A stretch of 64,000 bases of DNA, taken from assembly GCA_963693365.1 (NCBI GenBank), contig CAVNZM010000007.1, positions 372,001 through 436,000 of the forward strand, given 5' to 3'. Made by a program: the position numbers and the translations under genes. The notes beneath the pieces are model-generated. The model ran no database searches. It was not told the origin of the DNA and was given only the letters and a program-made list of their open reading frames with translations. This DNA comes from Amoebidium appalachense. Lineage: Eukaryota; Protista; Ichthyosporea. Shown here piece after piece: positions 1 through 35,796 of this stretch (position 1 is its first letter; every line of letters begins with the position of its first letter).

Positions 1-101
1 ACCAAAAGGCAGCGATGCCGAGTGTATATGACACTGTGACCTGAATAAAAGGTTTCCGAATCAAAATACGCCGCCTTGCTGTACACAACCAATACCCCAA
101 G

Positions 102-142
<41 letters not shown>

Positions 143-586
143 CCCACGCGCACACACACACACACACGCACAAAAACATCCCCAAACCCCATTCATCCAC
201 CTACCCACTCCGTCCCACCCCCCCCTTCCCCGGAGGTCCTTAGATTCATATGCCCTCACGCACATATCCGAGGTGAAATTTCACACGGATGCATGCAGAT
301 ATCCCGTGAACCCGTGAAGGGGGGAAATGTTGTTTTCGTTCATTCTTTGTCTTTAGTTAAATTGCGTAGCGAAGGTTTCTGTTATGACCGCCAAGTCTGA
401 CATACTGACATATTCCACCCGCGCATGCACATGTGCGCACACTAGGCGTAAGCTTTTTTCCACACTAGCTACCTTGATAAACTTCAAAGATTACGACAAT
501 ATGCGGGCTTATATATTCACGGTAAGGATATGATGCATGTGGCCTAAGCATACATGTGCAGTCACGACCTTGATGCGTTGTGCAAA

Positions 587-662
587 ATTGGTCATATGGC
601 GTATTACTAATGATTCTATAATTCAATTGGTCATGTGGCATATTACTAATGATTTTATAATT
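587..662. repeat. Two-copy tandem repeat of about 39 bp
   Basis: aattggtcatatggcgtattactaatgattctataatt followed by aattggtcatgtggcatattactaatgattttataatt. Confidence 0.8.
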
Positions 663-919
663 GTGATTTCTTTTGTTTGGAGTGTTTCCATGCACATGTA
701 GAGCTCGAGCCACCAATTGCTAAGACTTGAAGTCTGGAGCCTCCCCCCCCCCCCTTCCCCCGCCTTCCCCCCCCCCCCCTTCTGCATGCACATGCGCCAA
801 TACGAGTGTGTATGCATGCACAGCCGGCATTTTGTATGAGTGTTTGTTCAATGGTGTGTGTGTGTGTGTGTGCGTGTGTGTGTGCGTGTGTGTGTGTGTG
901 CACGGTTTTTTTTTTTTTT

Positions 920-950
<31 letters not shown>

Positions 951-1157
951 GAGGGGGGGGGAGGGAGAGGGGGGGAGGGGGGAGTGCGGGGAGCGGGGAG
1001 GGGGCAGGGGAGCAGGGAGGGGAGGGGGATCGAGAGAGAGAGGGAGAGGACTACACAACATTTAAATCTCCGTAGCGCTTACACGAATACATGTGGACTG
1101 CAAACACACACACGCCAGGAACTGGAAACGGCCGCCCCTTCCGGGGCGGGAAGGCAT

Positions 1158-1203
<46 letters not shown>

Positions 1204-2182
1204 CCGTGCAGAAGTATTCTATTATTCGATCTCCGTGCATAGCACACAATTGTGTGGTAGTGGTGGTTATCTTTTGCTTGGGGAGGTCGGGTGCACGTGT
1301 GTGCGTGGTGTGTGGGGTGGTGTGTGTACGTGGTTGGGCGGGTTCGGGGGGGGAGGGGGGAGGGGGGGGGGGGGGGGGGAATATCATTAATGTATAGGCA
1401 AGAAATCCAATGGTTTATATTGCGTCAAAAAAGGTAGCAACGTGTAACCCAGAGTTTGCTCAAAGGAACACTTACTGGGTCCAAACATCCAATTTGAAAC
1501 TTACTAATTTATTTTTTCACGAAATATTATATTTTATCGGCCTACTGCATTTTCTTCTAAAAATGTGCATGATATTTAGCACCTCATTCCGAATTTTCAA
1601 ATCAAAATATCCCGGTAGCAAGACTCCAAATTGCAAACCACCAAAGTATTACAGCTCTTGCTCTCAATGGCCTGCTCCCAGAGGCTAGGATGGCCTAAAT
1701 ACCTATTGGCATTGTTTAAAAACATCAATATCAAAGCTAAACGTCCACATGACGTTGCTTCGCTGTTCTGCTAATTTGCTGTACAAAAATACCTCAGCTG
1801 ATCAGGCAGAACAATCATACAGCAGCAAACGCACTAACTCAAACAAAGAACGGGAAAGATCGGAAAGAGTGTCAAGTCGAATTTTGGCAACGGAAAAAAA
1901 CGGGAAAAAAAAAAGAAAAAGAAAAGAAGAAAAAAACACACCAAGGAAACTTTGAAGAAAAACGAGTGTTTGTGTGTAAGTGAGAGAGGGGGAGAGGTTA
2001 GGTTATTAGAGAGAAAGACAGGAAAGAGAGAGTAGCAGGGAGAGGACAGTGCGTTTGTGTCCGGCAAGTAGAATGTACAAATATGAGTGGCGATTAGGCA
2101 CATGTTTGTATTTTGATTACAGAGCTCCCTGCTTCTACAATGCTCCAATTCCACAAAATGAACATCTCAGATGATATGCACT

Positions 2183-2232
<50 letters not shown>

Positions 2233-2303
2233 ACATCCCTAAAACCCACCAAACCAAACGCACTCTAAATCTCCGATAAAAAACAAAGACACCCACACAC
2301 CCG

Positions 2304-10055
<7,752 letters not shown>

Positions 10056-10075
10056 CTGTGTGTGCACGTGTAGGT

Positions 10076-10183
<108 letters not shown>

Positions 10184-10299
10184 ACCTTTGTGTGTACATG
10201 TGTATGTGAGTGAATAAGTCTGCCTGTACGTGATTACACGGTGTCTGGATGCGTGTGTGAGAGTGTTTAGGTGTGTCTGTTGTGCATTCACGTATGTCC

Positions 10300-10389
<90 letters not shown>

Positions 10390-10484
10390 CATACATATTC
10401 ACGTCACGTGCATGATTGTGTGAGTGCAACCTTTCCAACGTGTGCATGAACATGCACATGTGTGTGCGCTTGCACGTGCCAACA

Positions 10485-14530
<4,046 letters not shown>

Positions 14531-15853
14531 GCTAGCTAGCAAAAGGAGCACATATGTACACGGTGCTGTGTTGAAAGGAAGTGGAAACAGGGAGCAAAAA
14601 AAAAGGTTATGGTGAAAGAAATTTAAAAATGTTATCACAGAGGCAGTGTGTTTAATAGATACTAATGCAAGTGTATATTGGTCATGAGTTCGTTTGCCTT
14701 TTCTTTTAGTCAACCAGAATTTACTCGTTACTAAGCATACGTCGTATATCACACAGTTAGCACAAAGTTTGACACCTGTGTTTGTAATTAGACACTGTCT
14801 GTAAATTGTAAAGCTGTATAATGCCTGTATTACGAACTGCTGTTGTCAACATGTCAGCTTGTGTATCAAGTTGTGTTGCGGTTGCCGTGTCACCGGAGCA
14901 GCACTTCCTCTCGGCATTCCTTTGTTCATTTTCCGCCAATCAGATCAATGCGACCAGTTAGCCAGCGGCCCAGCCCCCGCCCAGCGCCATGGACAGCCGG
15001 CACAAAACGTGTACATGTAAATCATTAATATTATCTTTAAAGATGTTGAAACCTAAGCGATTAAATATTTAATACCTTTAACTTATGTGCAGAAAAAAGG
15101 TGAAATGTTTTTGTATGTGAGGCTACATGAACTGAAACCGGCTTTCTTCTAGAGACACCTACAATAGTGAGACATCTACATGTACACCTGCCGCACACTG
15201 AGGGATCTCGATGGCATGTTATATAAGAAATCGGTAGATGATATATCTTTTTTTAAACGGCTTAAAATCTGCTTAGTGCTATAAAAAGGCTTTACAACTG
15301 GAACATGAAAAAGTTTTAAGCATCTTATATCTGACGCCACGGGTAGGTTTTGCCGCTTTTTTTAATGAGCCCACGTTACCCGGTATGCATTGCGTAAACC
15401 CTGCAGCTGCCGGGCGCGGTGCATGTGCATGCGGGCCGACGGCTGGGCAAGTGCCACACCGTCAGTCCGAGCCTGAGCCTGCCCCATGCATTTATGATGC
15501 ATTATGCATGTTCCGTTACCCATTCCGGCTGATCCGTGCGTGAAGTTAGCAATTATTTCTTTAAGTGGCAATTGGTGTGACTTGAAGATGCTGGCATTTT
15601 CTGAGGCGGGTGAGAGTCGGACCCGGGAGCACACCTGCCACCTACTGAGATGGCTCCTTATTTTTCCTTACACATTCAGCGAACACTGGACTCTATCGAA
15701 CCGTCGAGGCGCCGCGACAGAAAGCGGCATGCACGCGTCGCGAGAGTGTAAGGAAAAATCGAAGCAGCGAACGTAAAGTTCATCGCAGCGCGTGCACACC
15801 GTCAGTACGTGTGAGGGAGCACACATGGCATACGCGCGCACGCGCGCACACAC

Positions 15854-15940
<87 letters not shown>

Positions 15941-16561
15941 CACACACAAACACACGCACACAAACGCACACACACGCACTCACACACACGCACACACATA
16001 CACACATTCTCTCTCTGTGTGTGAGTGTTTTCTTGTGTGTGGCTCTCTCTTTCGCACTCTCTCTTTGTGTGTGTCTCTCCCTCCCTCTCCCCTCCCTCTC
16101 ACCCGGAAAAAACCTCCCTCCGACTCTCCCGAGTCCTGCCCTCTCTCTTTCCCTTTCTCCCTCAATCTCTCTCGCTCTCCCTCTCTCTTCCTCCCCCCCC
16201 CCTCCCCCCTCCTCCTTCCTCCCCCTCCCTCTTTCCATTCTTCTCTCTCTTCACCCGCCCCGTAGGTCACACACACACACACACTCCTCTCTCCCACGAC
16301 ACGCCTCCCTCCCCTCTCCCTCTCCCTCTCTCTATCGCTTCCTATATCTCCCTCTCTCTCCCTTGCCAACGTATGTGCATACACATGAGAGTGCACAGTG
16401 TCCCGAATGTGTTTGTGCCATACATGCACCCGGTCTCTCCTTTCGGTGGGTGCACTGCTGGCCCACGGCTGGAGCACCAGCAGGCGGACCAGTGGCCTGA
16501 AGGTGGACCTGTGTGCGTGACACAAAATCCCCTATGGTTGTAGCTTGTGGCGAGGTACGAA

Positions 16562-16601
<40 letters not shown>

Positions 16602-16615
16602 TATGTGTATGTATG

Positions 16616-16679
<64 letters not shown>

Positions 16680-16904
16680 ACGTGTGTGTGTGTGTCTCAA
16701 AGGCGCGTGCGTGGGGTTGGTGTGGGTGTACGCTTTTATTCCTGTGTGCACGTACTTTGTGTGTCTGTTTACTCTTTTGCGCCTGTGTATGCTGTGCTTC
16801 CTGGTGTGTCTGTGCTTGCTTGTCCACATCCCAGAGTTAAACGTCCATGGAAATTGTGACATGTACAGTGGGGAAGGGAGGGAGGGGAGGAGGGGGTTGA
16901 TTGT

Positions 16905-16935
<31 letters not shown>

Positions 16936-17390
16936 GGGGGGAGGGCGGGGGGGCTATCACCCAAGTGATTCAATGTAGAGAACGTGGCCGAAAGTAAACT
17001 AAACCCACTGCACACGGTCGAGAGTACACCCATAAAACCAGGCCCATTCCTGCCGCAGTTCACATGATGTTTTTAAATGGAGACACGCGTTCGGCCTGAC
17101 AATTCTGATGCACGCTGTAAATGATATGTTTGGAATCCCAGTTAGCAATAAACACTAGCATTGATGCATCGCGGTGATCACATGTACATCTGGTGATGGC
17201 AACAAGCCAGGGGACACCTATTACAAGCTGCAACTTGGCGTGACTTGCAGTCACTGATGATCATTGTTGTGGATTGGGACGTCTGCTTGCCGCATGATTG
17301 TGTTACGCAATGTGTTGAATCAAATTTGGCTTCATATTCAGGGGTGTATGATATATGTGTGCGTGTGTGTGTGTGTGTGTGTTTGGGGGA

Positions 17391-17424
<34 letters not shown>

Positions 17425-17757
17425 TGAGGTGTGCTTTGTGTGTGCCTTCGGCTGGCGCGGGGGGGGGGGGGGGGGGGGGGGGTTGACTGCTGTAGTGGTG
17501 ATATGACGGTGGTGGTCACCAGCGCACGTGGGCCACGTGGGACCGTGGGTTGTGATACCGTATGGTGGCCAATATTGCAAAACTGCCCGGAGGAGCCACG
17601 AGGACTGTCGGCAGCAGGGACCGATGTCGATATGCATGAAGCCTGTAGGCACACGGGCTGCCATTATTGTAATAAATATATTATGTGAGTTAGAGCTGTA
17701 TGTAGCTGCAGCCTGGGCCATGGCATGCATCACCACCGTGGTGCCACCGTGCTATAG

Positions 17758-19400
<1,643 letters not shown>

Positions 19401-20567
19401 ATAGAGGCTTTGGTGCAACGTATCGTGATCGATCGATATATATTCACATTGGATGCATAATTAATTAGCTATGTACGTGTTGGTACATGCACATGTACAC
19501 CGTGCACCTCCTAATTATGGGTATTGGGCACTAATGGTATTAATTAACATAATAAACCAGGGCCATTGTCCCCGGTGTGCCCATCCATGTGTACACACGT
19601 GGTCGAATGCAAGTGTAGACTTCGGAGAAGTTCCGACGACTGATGATCGATCCCGGGACCCGATCGAGCAAAAGCCCTAATCCATTGGTCAGTTGCCGCT
19701 CCAATCGGCGCGCGCCTACTTGAGTATCGTTCGAGGCTCTTTCTTGAGTCATGGCGGCATGATCACACTCAGAGTTATGGCACCTCGTGGCAGGGCCTAA
19801 GAAGCACATGCGTTCACGTCGTTATATATATCTTATGAAATACATTATCGATACTATTAGTTTCACTGTTTAGGTGCTCGTCGAGAATATGTAGCCAAAA
19901 TATCGATAACGCAATAAGATGAGATCACCGTCGGTTATCGATCTGACTTCCGATCGAGATCGAAAAGTCTACTCGGTCATCGCGCTGTCGGGAAATAAAG
20001 CCCATCAAAAAAAAAAAAAGTGTTGTCCATGGACAATAATATTTGCCCCTGGCTGCATGCGCAGTCTACACGTGCGCGGGTATATGCGCCTGGCTCGGAT
20101 GTTTTGACTTTATAAGTCAAAGTCCACTACTTTCAACCGGGACTAACAGAGGCAAATATATATAGAGTAGTATTCGGCATACTTAAAATTAACAAAACAT
20201 CTGGAGTCATGATCATGAGCACTGCAGCTGCTTAAGTGCAAATTTCCGCAAGTCTTCGCGATCGATCGATCCAATATTAATCGGGAGCATGAGTGCCATG
20301 ATGATCATGCCCACTAGTGGCGGCACTAGTAGACACGCTGAATTGTGCATGTTTGAGGTACATTTGTGTCTTTTCCCCCATGAAATTTATGCACACAGCA
20401 CAGTATACTATACAGAGATAACCACGGTTTTAGACTTTTATGCAGCCCCATGAATGCATACTTGGGGGGGGGGGGGGGGGGGGGGGCGGCCGAGAATCGA
20501 AAGGTGGCACGATCGCGATCACGCAATCATTCTACTTGTTTGGTAGGGAGAACAGGGCATCGCAAAG

Positions 20568-21106
20568 TGGTTCGATTCGTGTCAAAAGCCAGATTGCCAG
20601 ATTGCCAGATTAAAAACCGCCTCGCCAAACATGGTTATTCGTCGATCAATCGAATCGGAACGTAAAATTTAAACAAAATTTTAAGGCCAGATTCAATTTG
20701 ACCCCTCTTCCAGATTCCAGAATCTGGCGACCCCCCCCCCCCCCCTTCCAGATTGCCAGATTGACCCTGCGCCTTACGATTGGCCGCGCCAGCACCATAT
20801 AAAGTTCGTATCCAATCCTAGGCGTTTTGCCTTATTAGTATAGCTTTTCAAAAATGCATAAAACTTGGTAATAAATGCCCATTTAACAAAATAAAAAATA
20901 TTTAAATAATATTTCAAAACTATTATTGTTCATTAAGATAAGCCAAGATATTCTATTACCGCGCAAAATGGCAAGTGCCTTCTTGACCCAAAAAGCTAGA
21001 TTTTAGCTCTACAAGAACCGGACCGAAATCTAGCCTTTCTGGAATGCCATCAAAATTCTGGCATTCTGGCAATCTGGCAATCTGGCTTTTCACACGAATC
21101 GAACCA
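20568..21106. mobile_element. MITE with about 43-bp terminal inverted repeats
   Basis: tggttcgattcgtgtcaaaagccagattgccagattgccaga at the left end versus tctggcaatctggcaatctggcttttcacacgaatcgaacca at the right; internal GCCAGATT repeats; no TSD identified. Confidence 0.8.
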
Positions 21107-21150
21107 GTGTCTCAACTAGGAAAGTCAAATACCACACATTCCGCCGTTAA

Positions 21151-21639
21151 CCCCCCTGTAGTCCGGATGATTCACATTCAATGTGAATCGATTTTGTGGC
21201 GCTTCTCAATTTTTACCCTGTGGTCAAAAAGTACATGTTACTTAAGCAAAAACTTAGTTTTGGTAGTCAAAAAAACGCCCATATAAGTTTTTTTGGGTGT
21301 TTATGTATATATTTTTCATGTTACTTAGAGACGTTCGAGAGGTGGTGCGAGCTCCAAACAATGTGAATCAATCTGAAAACAATGTGAATCAATTCGCGAC
21401 TTCGAGTCGCGTCGCGACTCCGATGGCATGATCGCGGCCGCGCCAGCCGGGGGGCCACGTGATCATGGCATATCATACTAATTAGTGACTAAGTGACACG
21501 TGCAGCGTGCGAGGGCTTTTAATGCCGGCATGTCATAGTGCCTGCCAAATGAATAGCGTGTGTCTGTAGGTGTGTGTGTGCGCGCATGTGTGTGAGTGGG
21601 TGGGTGGGTGGGTGGGTGCCGGGTGGGTGTATGTATGTG

Positions 21640-21690
<51 letters not shown>

Positions 21691-21744
21691 CGGTGTGCAC
21701 ATGTGTGTACGGTGCGCGCACGCGCGCGCGCGTGTGTGTGTGTG

Positions 21745-21812
<68 letters not shown>

Positions 21813-21934
21813 CAGAGAACGTGTGTGTTAGTGTGTGTGTGTGTGCGACTATGATGTGTGTGTCATTATGGTGAACATTGTGTGTGGCACTGTGTGTGTG
21901 TGTGTGTGTGTACATGTGTGCATGTGTGTGCACC

Positions 21935-22006
<72 letters not shown>

Positions 22007-22222
22007 GTGTACATGTGTGTGTGTGTGTATGTACATGTGTGTGTGTGTGTGTGCAACGGTGTGTGTGTAGTGTGTGTGTGCGTGTGTGTGTGTGTGCGTG
22101 TGTGCGTGTGTGTGTATGTGTGTGTGTATGTGTGTGAATGTGTGTGCACGGCCGGGTGTGTGTGTGTGTACAAGTATGTGTGTGTGCGCCTGTGTGTGTG
22201 TGTTTGCGTGCGTGTGTGTGTT

Positions 22223-22313
<91 letters not shown>

Positions 22314-23042
22314 GTGTGTGTAACAGTGTGTGTGTACATGTGTGTGTGTGTAACAGTGTGTAGTTTGTGTGTGTGTGTTCGGTGGTTACTGTCACGGTTG
22401 GGTGATGGCAGTAGCGCGTGTGTGTGGTCAGGCGGATGTTGTTGTTGTTATCAGAGAAAGGGAGTGAGGAGGGGAGGGGAGGGGGAGGGGGGGGGGGGGG
22501 AGGGGGGGGGAGGGGGGGGGGAGGGGGGAGGGGGGCAAACGTATGCACATACTCAGCCAGGCGAGCTGCATGTTTTGCTGGTTCTTTCCCTTGTATTATA
22601 TAGTGAACAAGTGTCCAAATTTGTAGATTGCCATAATAAATGGTCGGACATGCAGGTTTGCGTACACTTGCAATTTCACGTTCAAACAAAATTTTTATTC
22701 AATGATACAGTAACTCAGCTTGAAGCTCCTTCTAAATGTCTAAACAAAGTTTTACATAGTGTTCCGAAAAATAACTGTGATACTGGTACACTCTCATCTT
22801 AGCAACACAAGAATATATTTACCTATAGTAGAAGACCACGAATTTGAACTATTAAGTGTCTTACACTTGAAATTACAACAGTCCCTCTAACGGTTAACTT
22901 GGGTATCATAGGCACCCCCCCCCCCCCCCCCCCCCCCTCCCGAGCCCTCCCCTCTCCCCCCCCCCCCCCCCCCCCCCCCCACCACCACCACCACCACCAT
23001 CATACACCACCACCACACACGCACACACACACACACACACAG

Positions 23043-23095
<53 letters not shown>

Positions 23096-24263
23096 GGCAC
23101 ACACACACACACACACGCACACACACACACACAGCCAAAAAAAAAAAGGGGGGGGGGGGCGAATGGGGGGGGGGGAGGTGGGGGAGGTGAAGGAAAAAAC
23201 ACAAGAAGAACTCTTTGGCAACATCAAAGCCTGCAAGTGACGTGACTCTAACTTAACCAATCATTTCACACTGCGACCACCGTGTCTACTGAGGCTCGTA
23301 ATCTGCCCAGTATTCAGGTGTTTTGATATCCTTGTTCGTGTGCCATATATCGAAGCAGGATTTAACGTTTGGATTACTGGACTTGCGCCTGAACGTGTCT
23401 AGGAGCCTGTTTTCAATATCGTCTTCTTTGAGTATTATGTCTATTTGCTTGGGGTCAAAAATACGCCATTTCCCTGAGAGAGCGGTATCCTCTGTAGCCT
23501 CGCTGTCTTCTGTATCACTCTGTGTGCTATCGTCGGAAAAAATATTGTCAAAGAAATCCGAGTCAAGTGCCCCTGCTTCGAACCCCACACCACTGCCATC
23601 ACCAAGTTCCATGCCCCGTCCATTCTTTGTGTGCATTGTAAGAGACACCAACTACTGGTATATATCAAGGAGAAGTGACATTATAACGGTGCAATTCAAT
23701 CACGGGTATGGGAAGATGATCTACGTGCAACTCTTTCAAGGGGCCACGGTGCGTTGCTTTGTTTACAAGAGCCAAAAAAGGCTACGTCTAAACACCATAT
23801 ATGGTTTTCCTTTGTGTAACAACCAATGGTTTTCAGCCTTCGAGGGGTGTAAAGCATTGAAACTGGTCGACCTTCATCTTTACTCAATAGATGAAACGCT
23901 GTTCAGAAGCTCATTATGAGGTAACATATTGCAAGGCAGCACACTTACATCAATCAGTCGATTGCAAGCATTGATCATTCTATGGGTTGTCGATATCCAA
24001 CTTTGTGTGCCAGCACGCCCTCGCTGCGCCGCAAAGTCCATATACAACCCATACCCAGCCGCGGGGCTTTGAAAACTATATATGTTTACTTCGCTCTTGC
24101 AAAGTTTCGACCCCACCGGGTCATTTATACGGGAAAAAACTCTGTTTTTTGAAGGGGGGTTTTGATTCACTTTTAATATGAAATCACCCTAATAGACCGA
24201 TTTTCCAAAATTCCCGGGATACAAGATTGATTCACATTGAATGTGAATCAAATTACATTGGGG
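21151..24263. mobile_element. piggyBac-like non-autonomous element with TTAA TSD
   Basis: TTAA|CCCC at 21147-21154 and GGGG|TTAA at 24260-24267; imperfect TIR cccc..tgta.t plus the palindrome gattcacatt(c/g)aatgtgaatc at both ends and further aatgtgaatc copies at about 21360-21390. Confidence 0.8.
22545..24170 (-). pseudogene. Fragmented coding-like sequence inside the piggyBac-like element, family unknown
   Basis: Short co-oriented minus-strand ORFs (23880-24170, 23696-23887, 23286-23651, about 22545-22689), including an acidic tract DSDFFDNIFSDDSTQSDTEDSE; no recognisable DDD/E motif. Confidence 0.35.
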
Positions 24264-24309
24264 TTAAGTTTCAGCTCAGTGGAGGTGCAATCGGAGTTAG
24301 TAACAACAT

Positions 24310-24540
24310 AACGATTGGCTCGATCAGTAGATTTTCAACCAATCACAAATGCGCAATTTGACAAAAAATGAGACAGATCTAAACATCGACCTAAAACCAA
24401 TCATCAAGCTTTCTTGCTCTTTTGCACTAGTTTAAAGAGGGCGCTTGGATTGGTTAAAATATTAGGTAATCCAATCGGCGCATCGACCAAAAATCTGACG
24501 TCACATTCTATTCTTGAAATTAGGCGATCTGATTGGTTCG
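24310..24540. promoter_or_regulatory. Cluster of six CCAAT boxes upstream of the kinase gene
   Basis: ATTGG/CCAAT at about 24314, 24339, 24396, 24449, 24471 and 24532, plus a TGACGTCA CRE-like palindrome near 24496. Confidence 0.4.
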
Positions 24541-25837
24541 GCTGTTCGACCGACCCAGCCGGCTGGTTCCGAGAAGCGTTCCGATGGAACTTCCCCAGAA
24601 CTGCCGATTCGCGTGCATGATTTGTCGCATACGTATCATCTGAAAGCTATATAGTGCATATTATTATAGATACCCAAAAACATTTTTTCCGAAACATGTT
24701 AAAGAAGTACTTTTTGTTTTTGTAATCTTAGTAGGCTTTTCAACAAGACATTAGAAGCATTTCCCACATAAGCCCTAGGTGGAGCCATGAGTGAGCAATC
24801 CTATAGTTATAACCCCCAAAGGTTACATTTCTGGAGAATATGTAAAAGCTAGAAAAGCTTTATATAACTACAGTATTCTGCTACTACACTTACTAATAAT
24901 TATTAAATGTGTATAGTTTTGTGTACTACATCATGGTTGGTTTCTTTTTATAAAGAGCTAGTTGCATTTCTCTGCTACCTTTTTTATTATCAGGTGACAT
25001 TTTGGTCATATTTACGAGGGGTCTAAGCGTATAGGGAATATTGTTCCAACAGCCACTCAAAACGTCGGCATTTCTTCGAAAGGCGCCAAAGCCGACGAAG
25101 GCAGAAAGGCAGAAGGCTTGAAGCGACTTTTTCGACTTTATAAAATGCTACCAGTTTTATAGTGTATTGAGTATGCTAGCACTGCTACGGCGGAAGGGAC
25201 GGTCGCACTTTCTACATGTTTATTCTAGTTGCCGCTGGCAGAACTTTGATACACAGCCTGTGTCGAGTTATGTGCGTGTTGTCGTAGCCAAAATTACTGC
25301 TAGCGTTTGGTCCTGCGTGCCCACCTGAAGAATTATCACTTTTTTGCAGACATAGCAAACACAGTTCGTGACCACACACACAGTTTAGCACCGAGCAGCT
25401 ATTGTAAGTGCTCTTTTGAGTGGTTTATGAGGACACACATCAACACATGCCCACGTCACAGTTCATGTTCAAGAAGTGTGAAGGGCCTTTGTTTTGCTCG
25501 GACACTTTTTTGTGGGGCTCATGCCTAGCGCTCACCAACTAGTATAGGAAAACACAGGCTTATACCATGTCACTTCCTCGGGGTTCCACAATAGCTATTC
25601 GCAAGGCCTAGGTGTCACGTTGACACTCGTATACGCACGCACACACACAGGCACACATGCACAGACGTGGGGTGGGGCAGCCTGGGGCTTCATATTTCAT
25701 TATATAAACCTAGTGGGACATTTTAGGAGGGGACGCACGTGCGCAGAGACACGCACACGCACACGCACACGCACACGTACACGCACACGCACACGTACAC
25801 GTAAACACGTGCCGCAAATTGTCGGCGAGTATGAAGA

Positions 25838-34299
<8,462 letters not shown>

Positions 34300-34858
34300 C
34301 TCGTGCAGACACGTAGGTGCGTGTACATACAGACACGCACACACACGTACGCGTGTGCTCACATGTGCACACTGACACTTGCACATGGAGTATGTGTGCA
34401 TATGGACATCTACACACACGTGCACCCTCGTGGGCACATACACAGGCACGGGTGTGCACAGGTCCTTCACACGTGCTTGCACATATCGTTGCACACGTGC
34501 ACACAGTTATCACACACATACACGTGCACGCACACACGCACGCACCCACACACACACACCCACACGCACGCACTTGCATATACACGCACACAAAGAATGG
34601 GCTTGTACGAGCACATGCCATACACGTATAATAGATATACTTAGTGGAGAGCTCGTTTACTGATACATTAAGGCTTATCGAATGTCTTTTTTTTCTTTTA
34701 TGCTTTTATATCCTGTGCTAACAGTTTAGTCATACAACGATTAATGGTTAGATAATATAAGGAGCTCGGGGCACTGACAAGTAACAAAGTTATGTGCTGA
34801 TGTCGCACATGTTGTCTTGTATTTGGTTTGCCAGTTAGTGCTGTAAGGTGGTTTTCCG

Positions 34859-34957
34859 TTTTTTTTTTTTTTTTTTTATACGGTTGTACGGCTGGAAGCG
34901 CGCGTAATTTTAGGGCTTATGGACCACATACCTAGAGGTATGTTGGTGGTGTAGCTG

Positions 34958-34993
<36 letters not shown>

Positions 34994-35067
34994 GTACGGC
35001 TGTACGGCTAGAGGCGCGCGATTTTAGGGTTTATGCGCCACATGCTCAGAGGTATGTTGGTGGTATA
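34859..35067 (-). mobile_element. Two tandem, diverged poly(A)-tailed fragments of about 70 bp (SINE/LINE 3' ends)
   Basis: Plus strand shows (T)n-tacgg(t/c)tgtacggct...ttttaggg...ccacat...agaggtatgttggtggt twice. Confidence 0.6.
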
Positions 35068-35760
35068 AATAGAGGGACTAGGATTTGCTATTATCTGCAC
35101 CGGGAATTTCGGCCTGAGACCAATTGTAAATTTGGAAGTTTGCGCAAAGCTGTAGATATTGGGCGATCATGGCATGTGAAATGGGTTTTAATCTTTAAGC
35201 TTTTTCCCTCTTTCCCCCTTTCTTACTTGGCAATGATTTTCTTTGCCCCCCTGATTTTGCGACATCATGTTTTTTTACGGTTTCCTATGTGTTGTTTTTC
35301 TAACTCTACCTATAATGTTTAGTGGCACAACATTGTATAATAGCCCTCGCTCACTGGCTGGGCATGTGGGACCGGCACTTGAAGTTTATTTCGCTCGGGC
35401 GACATTTGTTTGGGCATGTACAAGTTCTCGAAAAATTAGTATTAGCATTAGTCGGTGTGTGCATGTTGTACATGTGTGGGTTCTTATGGGAGATACTGGG
35501 GTTGGGAAATGTTCTGTTCATACATTGGGGTCAGTTTTTGAAATAAACTGCGTGGACCCATATGCAAAATATGTGGAATGGGCCGGGCATGATCGTGAGT
35601 GCCCATATTCGACACCATTTTGATCTGCATCATGCAAGGCCTAGGCGGGCCACACATGAAATTTCTGTGTGGCACACATGTGCACAAGCTTGTATATATA
35701 GTGTTAGCACACGTGAGTGCGCATGTACATGCGGGCGCGTGCACACACACACACACACAC

Positions 35761-35796
<36 letters not shown>

